Notes: a model not told the origin generated them from the letters alone. A DNA stretch of 64,000 bases from Caldisericia bacterium (GCA_028700655.1 JAQVSG010000002.1:57844-121843); one strand, 5' to 3'; shown: positions 49,346-59,887, counted from the stretch's first letter. A program made the numbers and translations.

Positions 49346-50757
49346 TTTTTTAATGCCTCTCTTAAAATAGAATTTAAAATTTTGGGATTTCCTTTCCCTT
49401 TAGTCTCTTTCATACAGGAACCCATAAACATGCCAAACAGCTTTTCTTCTCCATTGTGATACCGTTCAAGCTCTTTAGGATGATCGAGAAGTACTTTGGT
49501 AACAATCTCTTTCAATAGTGCATCATCCGTAACTTGCAATAGTCCTTGTTCGTTCACAATATCACAGGGATTTTTTCCTGTATCCATGATTTTGGGAAGC
49601 AAATCCTTAGCAATTTTACCTGAAATCGTATCATTTTGTATTAATTTTAACAATTCTTGCAAATTTTTGGGAGAAATTCCTGTTTCAAATACAGAACAGT
49701 TTGTTTCATTCATAATTTTCAGCAATTCTGAAGAGATCCAATTAAAAATGAGTTTTGGATGGGGAAAGTCTTGAATACACTGATCAAAATATCGCAATAA
49801 ATCAGGAGCTGAGGTAATCAACTGGGCTTCATATTCAGTCAGAGAAAAAGAGGTGATAAGTCGATGAAAAGCTTCTTGGGGTAGCTCTGGAATAGCTTTT
49901 TTCGCTTGGTCAACCATATCGTCGGATACCACAAGAGAGCGTAAATCTGGTTCTGGAAAATAACGATAATCAGACTTACTGTCTTTCACTCTCATCGTGA
50001 TAGTCTTTGATTCTTCATCCGACCAAGTTCTTGTTTCTGCAATGATGGGCTGATTGGCATTCAAACAATCTTCTTGTCGTAGAATTTCATATTGAATTGA
50101 TCGCATTACAGATCGAAAAGAGTTTAGGTTTTTTACTTCTACTTTTTGGCCTAGTACTGTATTGGATTTACTTAGAGAAACATTGACATCACAACGCAAA
50201 GCGCCTTCTTCCATTTTACCCGTCGAAATACCAAGATAAGAAATAATCTGTTTCAATTTTTCTAAGAAAATCCCTGCTTCCTCGTGTGAATGTAGGCAAG
50301 GAAGAGTAACGATTTCAAGAAGTGGTAGTCCCGCACGGTTAAAATCGATATAGGTTTCTTCGCTCCCAGTCTCATGAATCATTTTTGCGGAATCTTCTTC
50401 AATATGAATTCTTTCTAGTTCTATGATACGATTTTTGTTGATGGCAATAAAACCACCTTTGATGATGGGTATAGAATCTTGAGTGATCTGGTATCCCTTT
50501 GGTAAATCAGGATAAAAATAATTTTTGCGGGAAAAATCAGATACCATTTGAATGGATCCATTCAATGCAATTCCTAACATAAGTGCCATTTCAACAGCTC
50601 TTTTGTTGGGAACTGGTAAGGCTCCAGGATACCCCATACAAACGGGGCATATATTCGTATTAGGAGGATCTCCAAAGCTTGCCTTACAACGACAGAACAT
50701 TTTTGTTTGGGTGAGAAGCTGTATATGAATTTCGAGTCCAATAGTGGGTTTTCTCAT
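49342..50757 (-). CDS. gatB: Asp/Glu-tRNA(Asn/Gln) amidotransferase subunit B
   Basis: 471 aa, full-length GatB/YqeY (…FNRAGLPLLEIV…). Confidence 0.95.
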   Translation of the reverse strand: MRKPTIGLEIHIQLLTQTKMFCRCKASFGDPPNTNICPVCMGYPGALPVPNKRAVEMALMLGIALNGSIQMVSDFSRKNYFYPDLPKGYQITQDSIPIIKGGFIAINKNRIIELERIHIEEDSAKMIHETGSEETYIDFNRAGLPLLEIVTLPCLHSHEEAGIFLEKLKQIISYLGISTGKMEEGALRCDVNVSLSKSNTVLGQKVEVKNLNSFRSVMRSIQYEILRQEDCLNANQPIIAETRTWSDEESKTITMRVKDSKSDYRYFPEPDLRSLVVSDDMVDQAKKAIPELPQEAFHRLITSFSLTEYEAQLITSAPDLLRYFDQCIQDFPHPKLIFNWISSELLKIMNETNCSVFETGISPKNLQELLKLIQNDTISGKIAKDLLPKIMDTGKNPCDIVNEQGLLQVTDDALLKEIVTKVLLDHPKELERYHNGEEKLFGMFMGSCMKETKGKGNPKILNSILREALKK

Positions 50758-52169
50758 GATATCCCTTCCTCAATGTATTTGGCTATTCTCCATAGTAACT
50801 TTTCAGAGAATCTGGGTCCAATTACCTGGATTCCAGCTGAGAAACCTTTGTCATTCATTCCAATCGGAATCGAAACCGAGGGTACCCCTGCAATGGCAGA
50901 AGGTATGGTTAGGTAATCAGAATAATACATATCCAAAGGATCTTTTCTTTCACCGAACTTAAAGGGCATTTTTAGCGCCGTTGGCATAATCATGAAAGGA
51001 CATTGTAAAAAAATGGATTCCATTTCTTGGGTGACCAAGTCTTTTGCATACAATGCTTGTTTGTAGTAGTTTCCTGCAAACTCATTGGATAGAATGTAAG
51101 TACCAAGGAGTATTCGTCTTTTCACTTCGGTACCAAATCCTTCTGTTCTAGCTCGAATATATGATTCTTCGGAAGAGGTTCCCATGCGTTGAAGACCAAA
51201 TCGTATTCCGTCAAAACGGGATAGATTGGAAGATGCTTCAGAATCTGCAATCACATGATATGTAGCCATGGCACAATCTAACATATTCAGATCAAAGGTG
51301 GTGGGTTTATAAGAACTAGATAGGAAATGAACGACTTTGTCATACATTTTTTTTACAAAAGGGTCCATGTTTAATCTCTCGATACTAGCAAGAATTCCAA
51401 ATGATTGGATGGGGGTGACATCAGGAAGATCTTCCCATTCCATTTTTTCAGAGGTAGAATCCTTCTCATCGTAACCACAAACACTCTTTAGTAATTGAAA
51501 GGCATCATTCACACAGGTTCCCATTGTCCCAATTTGATCCAATGTGGAACAAAAGGAAGTCATTCCATAACGAGAGACAAATCCATAGGTAGGTCGTATT
51601 CCAACTACACCACAAAAACTCGCGGGTTGCCGGACAGATCCCCCTGTATCAGAACCCAGAGAAACGGTACAAAAACCAGCTTTTACAGCTGCAGCAGAAC
51701 CACCCGAGGAACCTCCCGGGGTATACGCGAGATCAATGGGGTTCCGAGTTGGGAAATAGGCAGAAAACTCCGTGGATGATCCCATGGCAAACTCGTCCAT
51801 ATTTGTTTTTCCAATAACATAAGCCCCTCTGTTTTTCATTCTCTCAATAACAGTAGCATCGTATACAGATTGATGGTTTTTCAAGATTCTCGAAGCGGCC
51901 GTTGTTTCGGTTCCTTGTACATTGATATTGTCTTTAACACCTACCGGAATCCCTAAAAGTGGGTATTGATCAAGCATTTCTTTTGTCACAGGAAGTGGAT
52001 ATTTTTTCGTAGTAAGCTTAGATTCTTGTTCACAAACATGAAGAAAAGCGTGAATGGATGAATCTTTTTGCTGAATGGATTGAAGAAGTTCATTGAAAAG
52101 AAAATCGGGCGTTTTTTCATTGGAAAGAAACTGTTGATGTATAGATGAAATGGTATTAGATGTCGTCAT
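50754..52169 (-). CDS. gatA: Glu-tRNA(Gln) amidotransferase subunit A (amidase signature)
   Basis: 471 aa. Amidase-signature GGSSGGSAAAV. Catalytic Ser-cisSer-Lys context. Confidence 0.95.
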   Translation of the reverse strand: MTTSNTISSIHQQFLSNEKTPDFLFNELLQSIQQKDSSIHAFLHVCEQESKLTTKKYPLPVTKEMLDQYPLLGIPVGVKDNINVQGTETTAASRILKNHQSVYDATVIERMKNRGAYVIGKTNMDEFAMGSSTEFSAYFPTRNPIDLAYTPGGSSGGSAAAVKAGFCTVSLGSDTGGSVRQPASFCGVVGIRPTYGFVSRYGMTSFCSTLDQIGTMGTCVNDAFQLLKSVCGYDEKDSTSEKMEWEDLPDVTPIQSFGILASIERLNMDPFVKKMYDKVVHFLSSSYKPTTFDLNMLDCAMATYHVIADSEASSNLSRFDGIRFGLQRMGTSSEESYIRARTEGFGTEVKRRILLGTYILSNEFAGNYYKQALYAKDLVTQEMESIFLQCPFMIMPTALKMPFKFGERKDPLDMYYSDYLTIPSAIAGVPSVSIPIGMNDKGFSAGIQVIGPRFSEKLLWRIAKYIEEGIS

Positions 52170-52470
52170 TCTTTTTTCCTTGAAATTTCATGACAGGACA
52201 AACAACAGAATGTTCTTTTTTGGTGGGAACATTTTGGAGTATTTCTTCCACAGCAGGAAATACTTGCGGAACATCTTCAGCTAAAATCGTTGATCTCCGG
52301 GCAAAAGACTCTTTCATGGTTGTATGAACGGAGATCTGATCAAACAATTCAGCAATGCTATTCAATTGCATCAACAATAGCTCTTCTTCATCCTGCGTTA
52401 GAGAAATGGAAGCCATATTACACAACAGATGTAAAGCGGATGGATCGATTTTTATTCTATTATTTTCCAC
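52156..52470 (-). CDS. gatC: Glu-tRNA(Gln) amidotransferase subunit C
   Basis: 104 aa. Position upstream of gatA with a 14-nt overlap. GatC-like helical protein. Confidence 0.7.
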   Translation of the reverse strand: MENNRIKIDPSALHLLCNMASISLTQDEEELLLMQLNSIAELFDQISVHTTMKESFARRSTILAEDVPQVFPAVEEILQNVPTKKEHSVVCPVMKFQGKKNDDI

Positions 52471-53659
52471 AAAGCATCACCGCATCACGAGCTATCATGA
52501 TTTCCTCATTGGTAAATATAATGTAGACTTTCACTTTAGAAGACTCGGTAGAAATTTCTCGCGTAACACGAGCATGGGGAAAATTCCGATCATCGTCCAA
52601 TTCAATTCCAAATGCTTCCATATTCTTCATACTGATTTCACGTATCTCTTCTGTGTTTTCTCCAACACCTCCGCAGAACACGATGGCATCTAAACCATTC
52701 ATTTCAGCGGCGTAAGCACCAACATATTTTTTGACTTGATACGAGATAATGTCTAATGATAAAAGGCATCGCATATGGTTTTCTTTAGCTTTTGCAGTAA
52801 CATCTCGCAAATCAGATGACAAACCTGTCACTCCCAAAAATCCAGATTGTTTATTCATGACATCGTCTACTTCATCAAGTGTCATCGAATAGTTCTTCTG
52901 TAAATAGAGAGGGATAAAAGGATCAATATCTCCGCACCGAGTACCCATTTCAACACCCGCAAGAGGGGTAAAACCCATTGTGGTATCAAAGGATTTACCA
53001 TTTTTCACAGCACATATGGAACTACCATTTCCTAGATGACAAGTAACAATCTTTAGATCCTTCAAAGGTCGGTTCATCAGCTTAGCACATTCATTGGCAA
53101 CAAAACGATGCGACGTTCCATGAAAACCATATCGACGTATTTTTCCTTTCTCGTAGAACTCATAGGGCAACGGATAAATGTAGTTTTGTGGGGGTATCGT
53201 TTGATGAAACGCAGTATCAAATACGGCCACCTGGGGAGTATCGGGCATTTTCTCCATGCAAGCATGAATCCCTTGCAGGTTGGCAGGATTGTGAAGAGGC
53301 GCTAAAGGAATACAATTCTCGATTTCATCCAATACATTTTTGCGAATAATCACGGATGCTTCGAATTTTTCTCCACCATGCACAACTCTATGACCAACAG
53401 CATCAATTTCAGCAACGCTACGGATAACCCCGTATTCTTCATTGGAAAGGTACTGAAACAAGAGATCCAGTCCATCTGTGTGAGTTGGTATGGCTGGTGA
53501 AATCTTAATTTCTTGACCATCTGTGTTTTTGTATTTAAAACCACCCTCTTTCATCCCTATTCGCTCTACAATACCGCTTGCCAACTCTTGTTCCGTCTCC
53601 ATCTCATAAAATTTATACTTGATGGAAGAACTACCGCAGTTTAAAACCAGTACCTTCAT
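52460..53659 (-). CDS. ackA: acetate kinase
   Basis: Start MKVLVLNCGSSSIKY at 53659 with a GGAGG RBS. Full ASKHA-fold acetate/propionate kinase. The 3' end overlaps gatC by 11 nt. Confidence 0.9.
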   Translation of the reverse strand: MKVLVLNCGSSSIKYKFYEMETEQELASGIVERIGMKEGGFKYKNTDGQEIKISPAIPTHTDGLDLLFQYLSNEEYGVIRSVAEIDAVGHRVVHGGEKFEASVIIRKNVLDEIENCIPLAPLHNPANLQGIHACMEKMPDTPQVAVFDTAFHQTIPPQNYIYPLPYEFYEKGKIRRYGFHGTSHRFVANECAKLMNRPLKDLKIVTCHLGNGSSICAVKNGKSFDTTMGFTPLAGVEMGTRCGDIDPFIPLYLQKNYSMTLDEVDDVMNKQSGFLGVTGLSSDLRDVTAKAKENHMRCLLSLDIISYQVKKYVGAYAAEMNGLDAIVFCGGVGENTEEIREISMKNMEAFGIELDDDRNFPHARVTREISTESSKVKVYIIFTNEEIMIARDAVMLCGK

Positions 53660-53760
53660 GAAAACCTCCAAATAAAAAAATAAAACACATAAAGTGTACA
53701 TATTAAGATACAAAAATTTTATTTTTTTTGGTGTGCATAGGTTACTGTTTCGTTACATAT

Positions 53761-53788
53761 TTCTATGATGCTCTTTCTCAGGTATAAT
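53761..53788 (+). promoter_or_regulatory. putative promoter of bcp (-10 TATAAT at 53783-53788, weak -35 TTCTAT)
   Basis: Perfect TATAAT hexamer 35 nt upstream of the ATG. AGGAGG RBS at 53812-53817. Confidence 0.3.
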
Positions 53789-53823
53789 AGAAGAAACCAT
53801 TTTCATTCAAAGGAGGAAGAATC

Positions 53824-54327
53824 ATGACCGCACTTGTACAAAAAATAGGTACTGGTATACATGCCCCCGATTTTCGTTTACCAAACCAGAATGAAGAAAT
53901 CGTATCATTGAAGAATTTCAGTGGAAAATGGCTTGTTTTATTTTTTTATCCACGTGATAACACACCTTCTTGCGCTCGGTTTATAAAGCATTTCTCCGAC
54001 CATATCGAAGAGTTTGAAAAGTTACAAGCCGCTGTTGTTGGTATCAGCAGAAATACAGTAAAAAGTCATGTCAATTTTATACAAAAGCATGATTTGCAAT
54101 GTATGTTGCTGAGTGATACCGAACGAGACGCTATTAAAAAATACAATGCATGGGGTATTAAGCGAACAGACGATGCCAAATTTGTTGGCGTAAAAAGAAC
54201 AACCTATATTATTGACCCCAACGGTATTATTCGCCATCGATTCACAGATGTTAAGATTGCAACACATGCCAACGAAGTGCTTGAACATTTGCAGAAACTT
54301 CAAAAAGAAGGTACTTCCAATCGTTAA
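53824..54327 (+). CDS. bcp: peroxiredoxin Bcp/PrxQ
   Basis: 167 aa. Peroxidatic motif FFYPRDNTPSCARF (T-x-x-C). Confidence 0.85.
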   Translation: MTALVQKIGTGIHAPDFRLPNQNEEIVSLKNFSGKWLVLFFYPRDNTPSCARFIKHFSDHIEEFEKLQAAVVGISRNTVKSHVNFIQKHDLQCMLLSDTERDAIKKYNAWGIKRTDDAKFVGVKRTTYIIDPNGIIRHRFTDVKIATHANEVLEHLQKLQKEGTSNR

Positions 54328-54330
54328 ACA

Positions 54331-54810
54331 ATGAATAGACTGACCTTCCAATTCCCCGATTTTTTCTTCGAAACCTACGCAGGAGATGTATTCACCAACA
54401 AATCCCTTGAAGGATGTTTTTGTGTAGTCTTTATTCTGGTCACTCTTTTTTCCAAGAAAGATCAGCACCGCATTTGGTTGTTTAAAGATTTATACGATGA
54501 CACTATTCGCAATACACCCGCTCTTCAAGAGAAACTCAAATTCATTGCCATCAGCTCAGATACTCCTTCTTCTATGAAAAAGTTAGAAGGAGATCTGTTT
54601 TCATTCTTCCCTATTCTCGCTATTCCTGATAAAAAAGTATTTGAAAAAGTAGATGCTCTAAACAAATTTTCCTTCTTTAACATAAAGGCATCTGAGCCCA
54701 TCCGAAAAGCATTTTTATTGCATCCTGATCGCACCATCCTTTGGACCTGGGAAAAAGAGGTAATGCCTGCTATAGACAGGCTCACCAATTTACTTACAAG
54801 CAACCCATAA
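54331..54810 (+). CDS. Bcp-like thioredoxin-fold paralogue lacking the peroxidatic Cys
   Basis: 159 aa, collinear with the upstream Bcp (…ISSDTPSSMKKLEGDLF…AFLLHPDRTILW vs …GISRNTVKSHVNFIQKHDL…TYIIDPNGIIRH). The FYPxDxTPxC segment is replaced by FILVTLFSKKD. Confidence 0.5.
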   Translation: MNRLTFQFPDFFFETYAGDVFTNKSLEGCFCVVFILVTLFSKKDQHRIWLFKDLYDDTIRNTPALQEKLKFIAISSDTPSSMKKLEGDLFSFFPILAIPDKKVFEKVDALNKFSFFNIKASEPIRKAFLLHPDRTILWTWEKEVMPAIDRLTNLLTSNP

Positions 54811-54915
54811 TTATTGTTTTCTATTCTTTCTCAAAATTTCTTCAAAATTCATTTTTTTGCTTTTTTTTTCATTTCTTGATGAAAATTGGGAAAAATTTAA
54901 TACGAGGAGAGAACT

Positions 54916-55503
54916 ATGTTTCGAAAAAAGAAAACAAGCATCGATTTAGTAGAGAGCACAGGTTCATACATAGAGAATATTAATAACGATTATGCCGAAC
55001 TTTTGATTCGGTATAAAGAAGCGATTGATGCAAATCAATCCTTAATGAGAGAGATCCAACATATTCGGTTTAGCACAGACCGAGATCGAGAGAACTCAAA
55101 ATGTTCTTTAATCGCCAGTATTTCTGCTCATTTGCTCAATGCCTACGACAATCTTACAAGAATTTACAAAGCATCTGCATCATCGAGTAATATTGAATCC
55201 ATTCACAAAGGCATAGAAATGATCTTGAAAGAAGTGAGTAAATCCATTCAAGACATGAATTTGGTTTCCATTTCCTGCATTGGCAAACCATTTGACCCGA
55301 ATACGCAGGAAATTGGTGGAATGTTATCGATGGACTCCTTCGGGGATAACATTGTGATTGAAGAACTCCGAACTGGCTATGAATTTAATGGTAAAGTAAT
55401 TCGCCCCTCATTGGTTATTGTAAACAAAAAACCACATTCTCATTCTTCGCAAAAAGAAGACAAGGATGGGAATAATAATGATATAGAAAACGACTCACAA
55501 TAG
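54916..55503 (+). CDS. grpE: nucleotide exchange factor GrpE
   Basis: 195 aa. Long N-terminal helix and a C-terminal beta-domain. Directly upstream of dnaK. Confidence 0.85.
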   Translation: MFRKKKTSIDLVESTGSYIENINNDYAELLIRYKEAIDANQSLMREIQHIRFSTDRDRENSKCSLIASISAHLLNAYDNLTRIYKASASSSNIESIHKGIEMILKEVSKSIQDMNLVSISCIGKPFDPNTQEIGGMLSMDSFGDNIVIEELRTGYEFNGKVIRPSLVIVNKKPHSHSSQKEDKDGNNNDIENDSQ

Positions 55504-55514
55504 GAGGATATTAT

Positions 55515-57377
55515 ATGTCAAAAATAATCGGTATTGATCTTGGAACTTCTAACTCTGCAGCGGCCGTCATGATTGGTGGTAAACCCACCATTATTCCAGC
55601 TGCTGAAGGAACTAGTGTGGGAGGCAAAACAACTCCCTCGTATGTTTCTTTTACTAAAGACGGTCAAATGCTTGTTGGTGAACCTGCCCGTAGACAAGCT
55701 GCACTAAATTCTGAAGGAACCATTACTAGTATCAAGCGCTTAATGGGAACCAAAGAAAAAGTGACAGTATACGGGAAAGAATATACTCCCCAACAAATTT
55801 CTGCCTTTATTTTGCAAAAAATTAAAAAAGATGCTGAAGCCTATCTAGGTGAAGCAATATCTCAAGCTGTTATAACAGTTCCTGCCTACTTCAATGACGA
55901 CCAACGTCAAGCCACAAAAGATGCAGGATCTATTGCTGGACTTGAAGTGACAAGATTGGTTAATGAGCCCACAGCTGCAGCATTTGCCTATGGCTTAGAA
56001 AAAGCGGACGCCAATATGAAAATTATGGTAGTTGACCTTGGAGGTGGCACTCTTGATGTTACGATCATGGATTTTGGTGGTGGCGTCTTTGAAGTAGCTT
56101 CTACCTCTGGTGATACCAATCTTGGTGGAACCGATATGGACAAGGCTTTGTTCGATTTTGTTTGCGATCAATTTCAGAAAGATACTGGTATTGATCTACG
56201 TAAAGATAAGTCCAACCACTATCGCCTTTATGAAGCAGTGGAAAAGGCAAAGATAGAACTCTCTACCACTCTTGAAACCGAAATCAATCTGCCCTTCATT
56301 ACCGTGGATGCTAGCAACACCCCTCAGCACCTAAACATCAAAATTACTCGTTCCAGATTGGAACAGCTGGTGAAGTCCATTGTTGATAAAATTAAAGGAC
56401 CTATGGAGCAATCTCTTAAAGATGCCGACTTGACCCCCCAAAAAATTGATAAAATAATTCTTGTTGGCGGTCCAACAAGAATGCCCGTGGTTCAAAAAAC
56501 GATCGAAGATTTCATGGGTAAAAAATTGGAACGCGGTGTTGACCCTATGGAGTGCGTTTCTATGGGAGCCGCAATTCAAGGCGGTATTATTACTGGCGAC
56601 GTCAAGAATGTCGTTTTGGTTGATGTAACACCTCTTTCCCTAGGAATTGAAACTCTGGGTGGAATCTCGACAAAAATGATTGATCGGAATTCTTCTGTTC
56701 CCATATCAAAATCACAAATATTCTCAACTGCTGCCGACAATCAAAGTAGTGTCGAAGTTCATGTTTTGCAAGGAGAACGTTCAATGGCTACAGACAACGT
56801 ATCTCTGGGTCGTTTTATCCTGGATGGTATCCCCCCAGCACCAAGAGGGCTACCCCAAATTGAAGTTACATTTTCGATTGACGCTAATGGCATCCTTACA
56901 GTAAAAGCAAAAGATAAAGCAACTAGCAAAGAACAGCATATTACTATTACAAATGCAAATAAACTCACCGATGATGATATAGAAAAAATGAAAAAAGAAG
57001 CCGAGCAATTTGCGGATCAAGATAAAAAGAGAGCAGAATCTATAGAAACTCGCAACAAAGCAGACTCTCTAGTATATTCAGCCCGTAAGAGCATGAAAGA
57101 ATTGGAAGAAAAAGCCGACGCAACCGATTTAAAAGCAGCCAATGACAAAATTGATGAGCTTGAAAAAGCACTCAAAGAAGACAAAGATATAGAAGAGATC
57201 AAAAAGCTAATGGAAGAAGTATCCAATTTAATTGGCAAAGTAGGTGAAAAAATTTACCAACAAGAAGCTGCAAAATCTGCCTCCGAAGACGCAAATACAG
57301 AAGGCTCAAACACAACTGGTGAAGCTCCAAACGAGGAACCAAAAGATACTGCAGAAGGACAAGCAAAAGAAATCTAA
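55515..57377 (+). CDS. dnaK: Hsp70 chaperone DnaK
   Basis: 620 aa. [18 protein letters not shown], and an EEVD-less bacterial C-terminus. Confidence 0.97.
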   Translation: MSKIIGIDLGTSNSAAAVMIGGKPTIIPAAEGTSVGGKTTPSYVSFTKDGQMLVGEPARRQAALNSEGTITSIKRLMGTKEKVTVYGKEYTPQQISAFILQKIKKDAEAYLGEAISQAVITVPAYFNDDQRQATKDAGSIAGLEVTRLVNEPTAAAFAYGLEKADANMKIMVVDLGGGTLDVTIMDFGGGVFEVASTSGDTNLGGTDMDKALFDFVCDQFQKDTGIDLRKDKSNHYRLYEAVEKAKIELSTTLETEINLPFITVDASNTPQHLNIKITRSRLEQLVKSIVDKIKGPMEQSLKDADLTPQKIDKIILVGGPTRMPVVQKTIEDFMGKKLERGVDPMECVSMGAAIQGGIITGDVKNVVLVDVTPLSLGIETLGGISTKMIDRNSSVPISKSQIFSTAADNQSSVEVHVLQGERSMATDNVSLGRFILDGIPPAPRGLPQIEVTFSIDANGILTVKAKDKATSKEQHITITNANKLTDDDIEKMKKEAEQFADQDKKRAESIETRNKADSLVYSARKSMKELEEKADATDLKAANDKIDELEKALKEDKDIEEIKKLMEEVSNLIGKVGEKIYQQEAAKSASEDANTEGSNTTGEAPNEEPKDTAEGQAKEI

Positions 57378-57400
57378 TAAAGAATTGTAGGTAAGAAACA

Positions 57401-58522
57401 TTGGCAAACATAGATTTTTATGAAGTTTTAGGGGTGGATCGCAATGCCACCCCTGATGAAATAAAGAGTGCGTATCGTAGATTGGTCATGAAATATCATC
57501 CTGATGTTAATAAAGATGCTGATTCTACCCAAAGAATGACAGAGATAAACGAAGCATACGATGTACTTAGTGACCCAAAAAAAAAACAGAAATACGATAT
57601 GTACGGCACAGCAGGACTCAACGAGACACCTGGATCAGGAGGGTATGGAGAAGGGTTTTCATCAAACATGAATGACTTTTTCCGACAATCCGGTTTTAGT
57701 AACTCGGGTAGTATTTTTGACGACATTTTTAGTGCCTTTAGCGGAGGAAATACTCGTCAACAATATCGAACAAAACCAATGGGTCGACCTGGTAGCAACA
57801 TTCCTTTCACCACAGATGTTACTTTCAAAGAAGCGATCCAAGGTAAAAAAATCAAAATTAATCTGGATCGTTTTGTTGTTTGTGAATCATGTGGAGGATC
57901 GGGAGCCAAAAAAGGAACTACACCTGATACTTGCTCGACATGCAAAGGTGGAGGATATGTTCAGCAGCAACAACAGAGTTTTTTTGGAGTTGTAAATTCA
58001 ATATCTGAATGCCCAACGTGTGGTGGTACTGGGAAGGTGATTAAAGATAAATGTCCAGATTGTAATGGTTTTGGGCGTATTCGAAAAGAATCCACCATTG
58101 AGCTCGACATTCCTCCCAGTATTCCAGAAGGAACCCGAATTCGTTATCCTGGATATGGCAATGCTGGCATTAATGGTGGAGCAGTTGGTGATTTAATTGT
58201 ATCCGTTCGATTCAAACAAGATACTCGCTATATCAAGGATGGTTCCAAACTCATCTATAAATGTCATATCCCTTTTACCAAAGCAATTTTGGGTACCACG
58301 GTATCCATTCCAACCATTGAGGGATCTGAAAAAATGAAAATTCTCCCTGGAACACAATCGGGAGAAGAAGTTGTTTTAAAAGGAAAAGGTCTGCCCAATA
58401 AAAGAAATCGAAGAGACGACATGGTCGTTAGAATTGTGGTGGACATTCCTGCATCAAAATCTCTCAACAAGAATCAAAGAAAAGCACTGGAGGAATTGGA
58501 CCAATCCTTGTCTTTGAATTAA
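57401..58522 (+). CDS. dnaJ: Hsp40 co-chaperone DnaJ (type I)
   Basis: J-domain with the HPD motif (KYHPDVN), a G/F-rich region, and four CxxCxGxG zinc-finger repeats. Confidence 0.95.
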   Translation: MANIDFYEVLGVDRNATPDEIKSAYRRLVMKYHPDVNKDADSTQRMTEINEAYDVLSDPKKKQKYDMYGTAGLNETPGSGGYGEGFSSNMNDFFRQSGFSNSGSIFDDIFSAFSGGNTRQQYRTKPMGRPGSNIPFTTDVTFKEAIQGKKIKINLDRFVVCESCGGSGAKKGTTPDTCSTCKGGGYVQQQQQSFFGVVNSISECPTCGGTGKVIKDKCPDCNGFGRIRKESTIELDIPPSIPEGTRIRYPGYGNAGINGGAVGDLIVSVRFKQDTRYIKDGSKLIYKCHIPFTKAILGTTVSIPTIEGSEKMKILPGTQSGEEVVLKGKGLPNKRNRRDDMVVRIVVDIPASKSLNKNQRKALEELDQSLSLN

Positions 58523-58546
58523 TACTACAAACGCTTCTCTAAACAC

Positions 58547-58575
58547 AAAAAAACCTTGTCAAGCAAGGTTTTTTT
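58547..58575. terminator. bidirectional Rho-independent terminator between dnaJ (+) and the convergent gene 58583-59887 (-)
   Basis: AAAAAAACCTTG / CAAGGTTTTTTT perfect inverted repeat around a 5-nt loop. It is flanked by an A-run on one side and a T-run on the other. Confidence 0.7.
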
Positions 58576-58582
58576 GTGTTTA

Positions 58583-59887
58583 CTAGGGTTCCACAATGGT
58601 ATCTAGGTGAAAAGAAAACTCTTCATTAATCCGCTCAAAAAGCATCGTTGATACTTTTTTAGAACCTGGCGAAAAGTTCTCAAACAAACCCCCTATAAGA
58701 TGATTATCGGCAGTAAAGAAAAGAAGCCATTGCAATGGCTCTTTCTGTTTCCAATCGCATTGAATCACAGTTTCAAATTCTTTACACTTCCAATATCGAA
58801 AGAGTGCATGAGAACTATCGATTTCATCTTTAGTAAAAGAGGTTACTTCATCTGGTGGTTCATTTACTATCATACTTGTCAAGTATTCTGTTGGAGGTTG
58901 TATTTTGTGAAGGGATGCTGATTTTTCATCGATTCTCATCCATCCCTCCTGGGCAGAGTGATGATAGTAAATATTGTCTTGCACATAGTATATTTCACGT
59001 TTGTCTATCGTACACCCCATCGAATCATCCTGTACATACTTAAACCGTAAATCCCCTTCGTGATTTTTCTCATAAAGAATGTATTCTGTTGTTTCCAAGA
59101 CATCCCCGACATAGTGATAATAAGTGGATCGAAATGAATAGGACAAATAAGTTTCCAGATATCGTATTGTAGAACTATAAAAAAGCGGAAAGAGAAATGG
59201 TTTATCCATTACTTCGTCTAGCAAACTCTCATAGTTTTTGTATCTCACATCATCGGTAACGATGGGGTGATCTTGAATCCAAAGAATCAAGGCGGAAATA
59301 TTCGTCACTTTCTTAAGTACCCATCTTGCGTTTTTTTCTTTTTCAAAAATCAAATGAAGATGCAAAACACATCGATGATTCTGGTCATAAAAAGGAAGAT
59401 ATGCAGTGGCAGAGTGGCGAGTCTGAGTTAGCTTTGTACAGGCTGTTTGCACGTCGAGATAAAGGCTATGAAGAGCTAAATATTGGCGAATAGTACCATG
59501 GGTAGAATTTGAATAGGGGAGAGAATAATCACCCTTCGTGACGAAATCATGGATAAGCCTTTCAAAAAAGAGTTGCAGGTCAGCGGTAGAGCGATCGTGA
59601 TTTTGTACAACTTCATCGATGAAAGAGGGAATAAGAGCTTCTGATTGTGTATATATCATAAGTTCTTTCGAAAGGTGATGGGTTAGAGAATCAATATCAC
59701 AAATTTTTAGAAATTTCGTAATACTTTGTTCCTGAAGAGCTCTATTCAATACATACAAGGAGTAATAAGGAGAATACATCCACCAGAATAAAGAAATAGA
59801 AAAAATACCAATCAAAATAATGGAAATCAACCACCCATTAAAACGAAATAAAGAAAGTTGTTTTCGTACTTTTTTATACCAATTCAT
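58583..59887 (-). CDS. hypothetical membrane-anchored protein
   Basis: 434 aa with an N-terminal TM helix (WLISIILIGIFSISLFWW). The rest is Y/H-rich with no recognisable motif. Confidence 0.5.
   Translation of the reverse strand: MNWYKKVRKQLSLFRFNGWLISIILIGIFSISLFWWMYSPYYSLYVLNRALQEQSITKFLKICDIDSLTHHLSKELMIYTQSEALIPSFIDEVVQNHDRSTADLQLFFERLIHDFVTKGDYSLPYSNSTHGTIRQYLALHSLYLDVQTACTKLTQTRHSATAYLPFYDQNHRCVLHLHLIFEKEKNARWVLKKVTNISALILWIQDHPIVTDDVRYKNYESLLDEVMDKPFLFPLFYSSTIRYLETYLSYSFRSTYYHYVGDVLETTEYILYEKNHEGDLRFKYVQDDSMGCTIDKREIYYVQDNIYYHHSAQEGWMRIDEKSASLHKIQPPTEYLTSMIVNEPPDEVTSFTKDEIDSSHALFRYWKCKEFETVIQCDWKQKEPLQWLLFFTADNHLIGGLFENFSPGSKKVSTMLFERINEEFSFHLDTIVEP

Noticed and set aside
54811-54915. 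Looked for the CIRCE operator upstream of grpE.
   Set aside because: No TTAGCACTC…GAGTGCTAA-like inverted repeat present, only poly-T/poly-A tracts. Its absence is reported as a finding instead.
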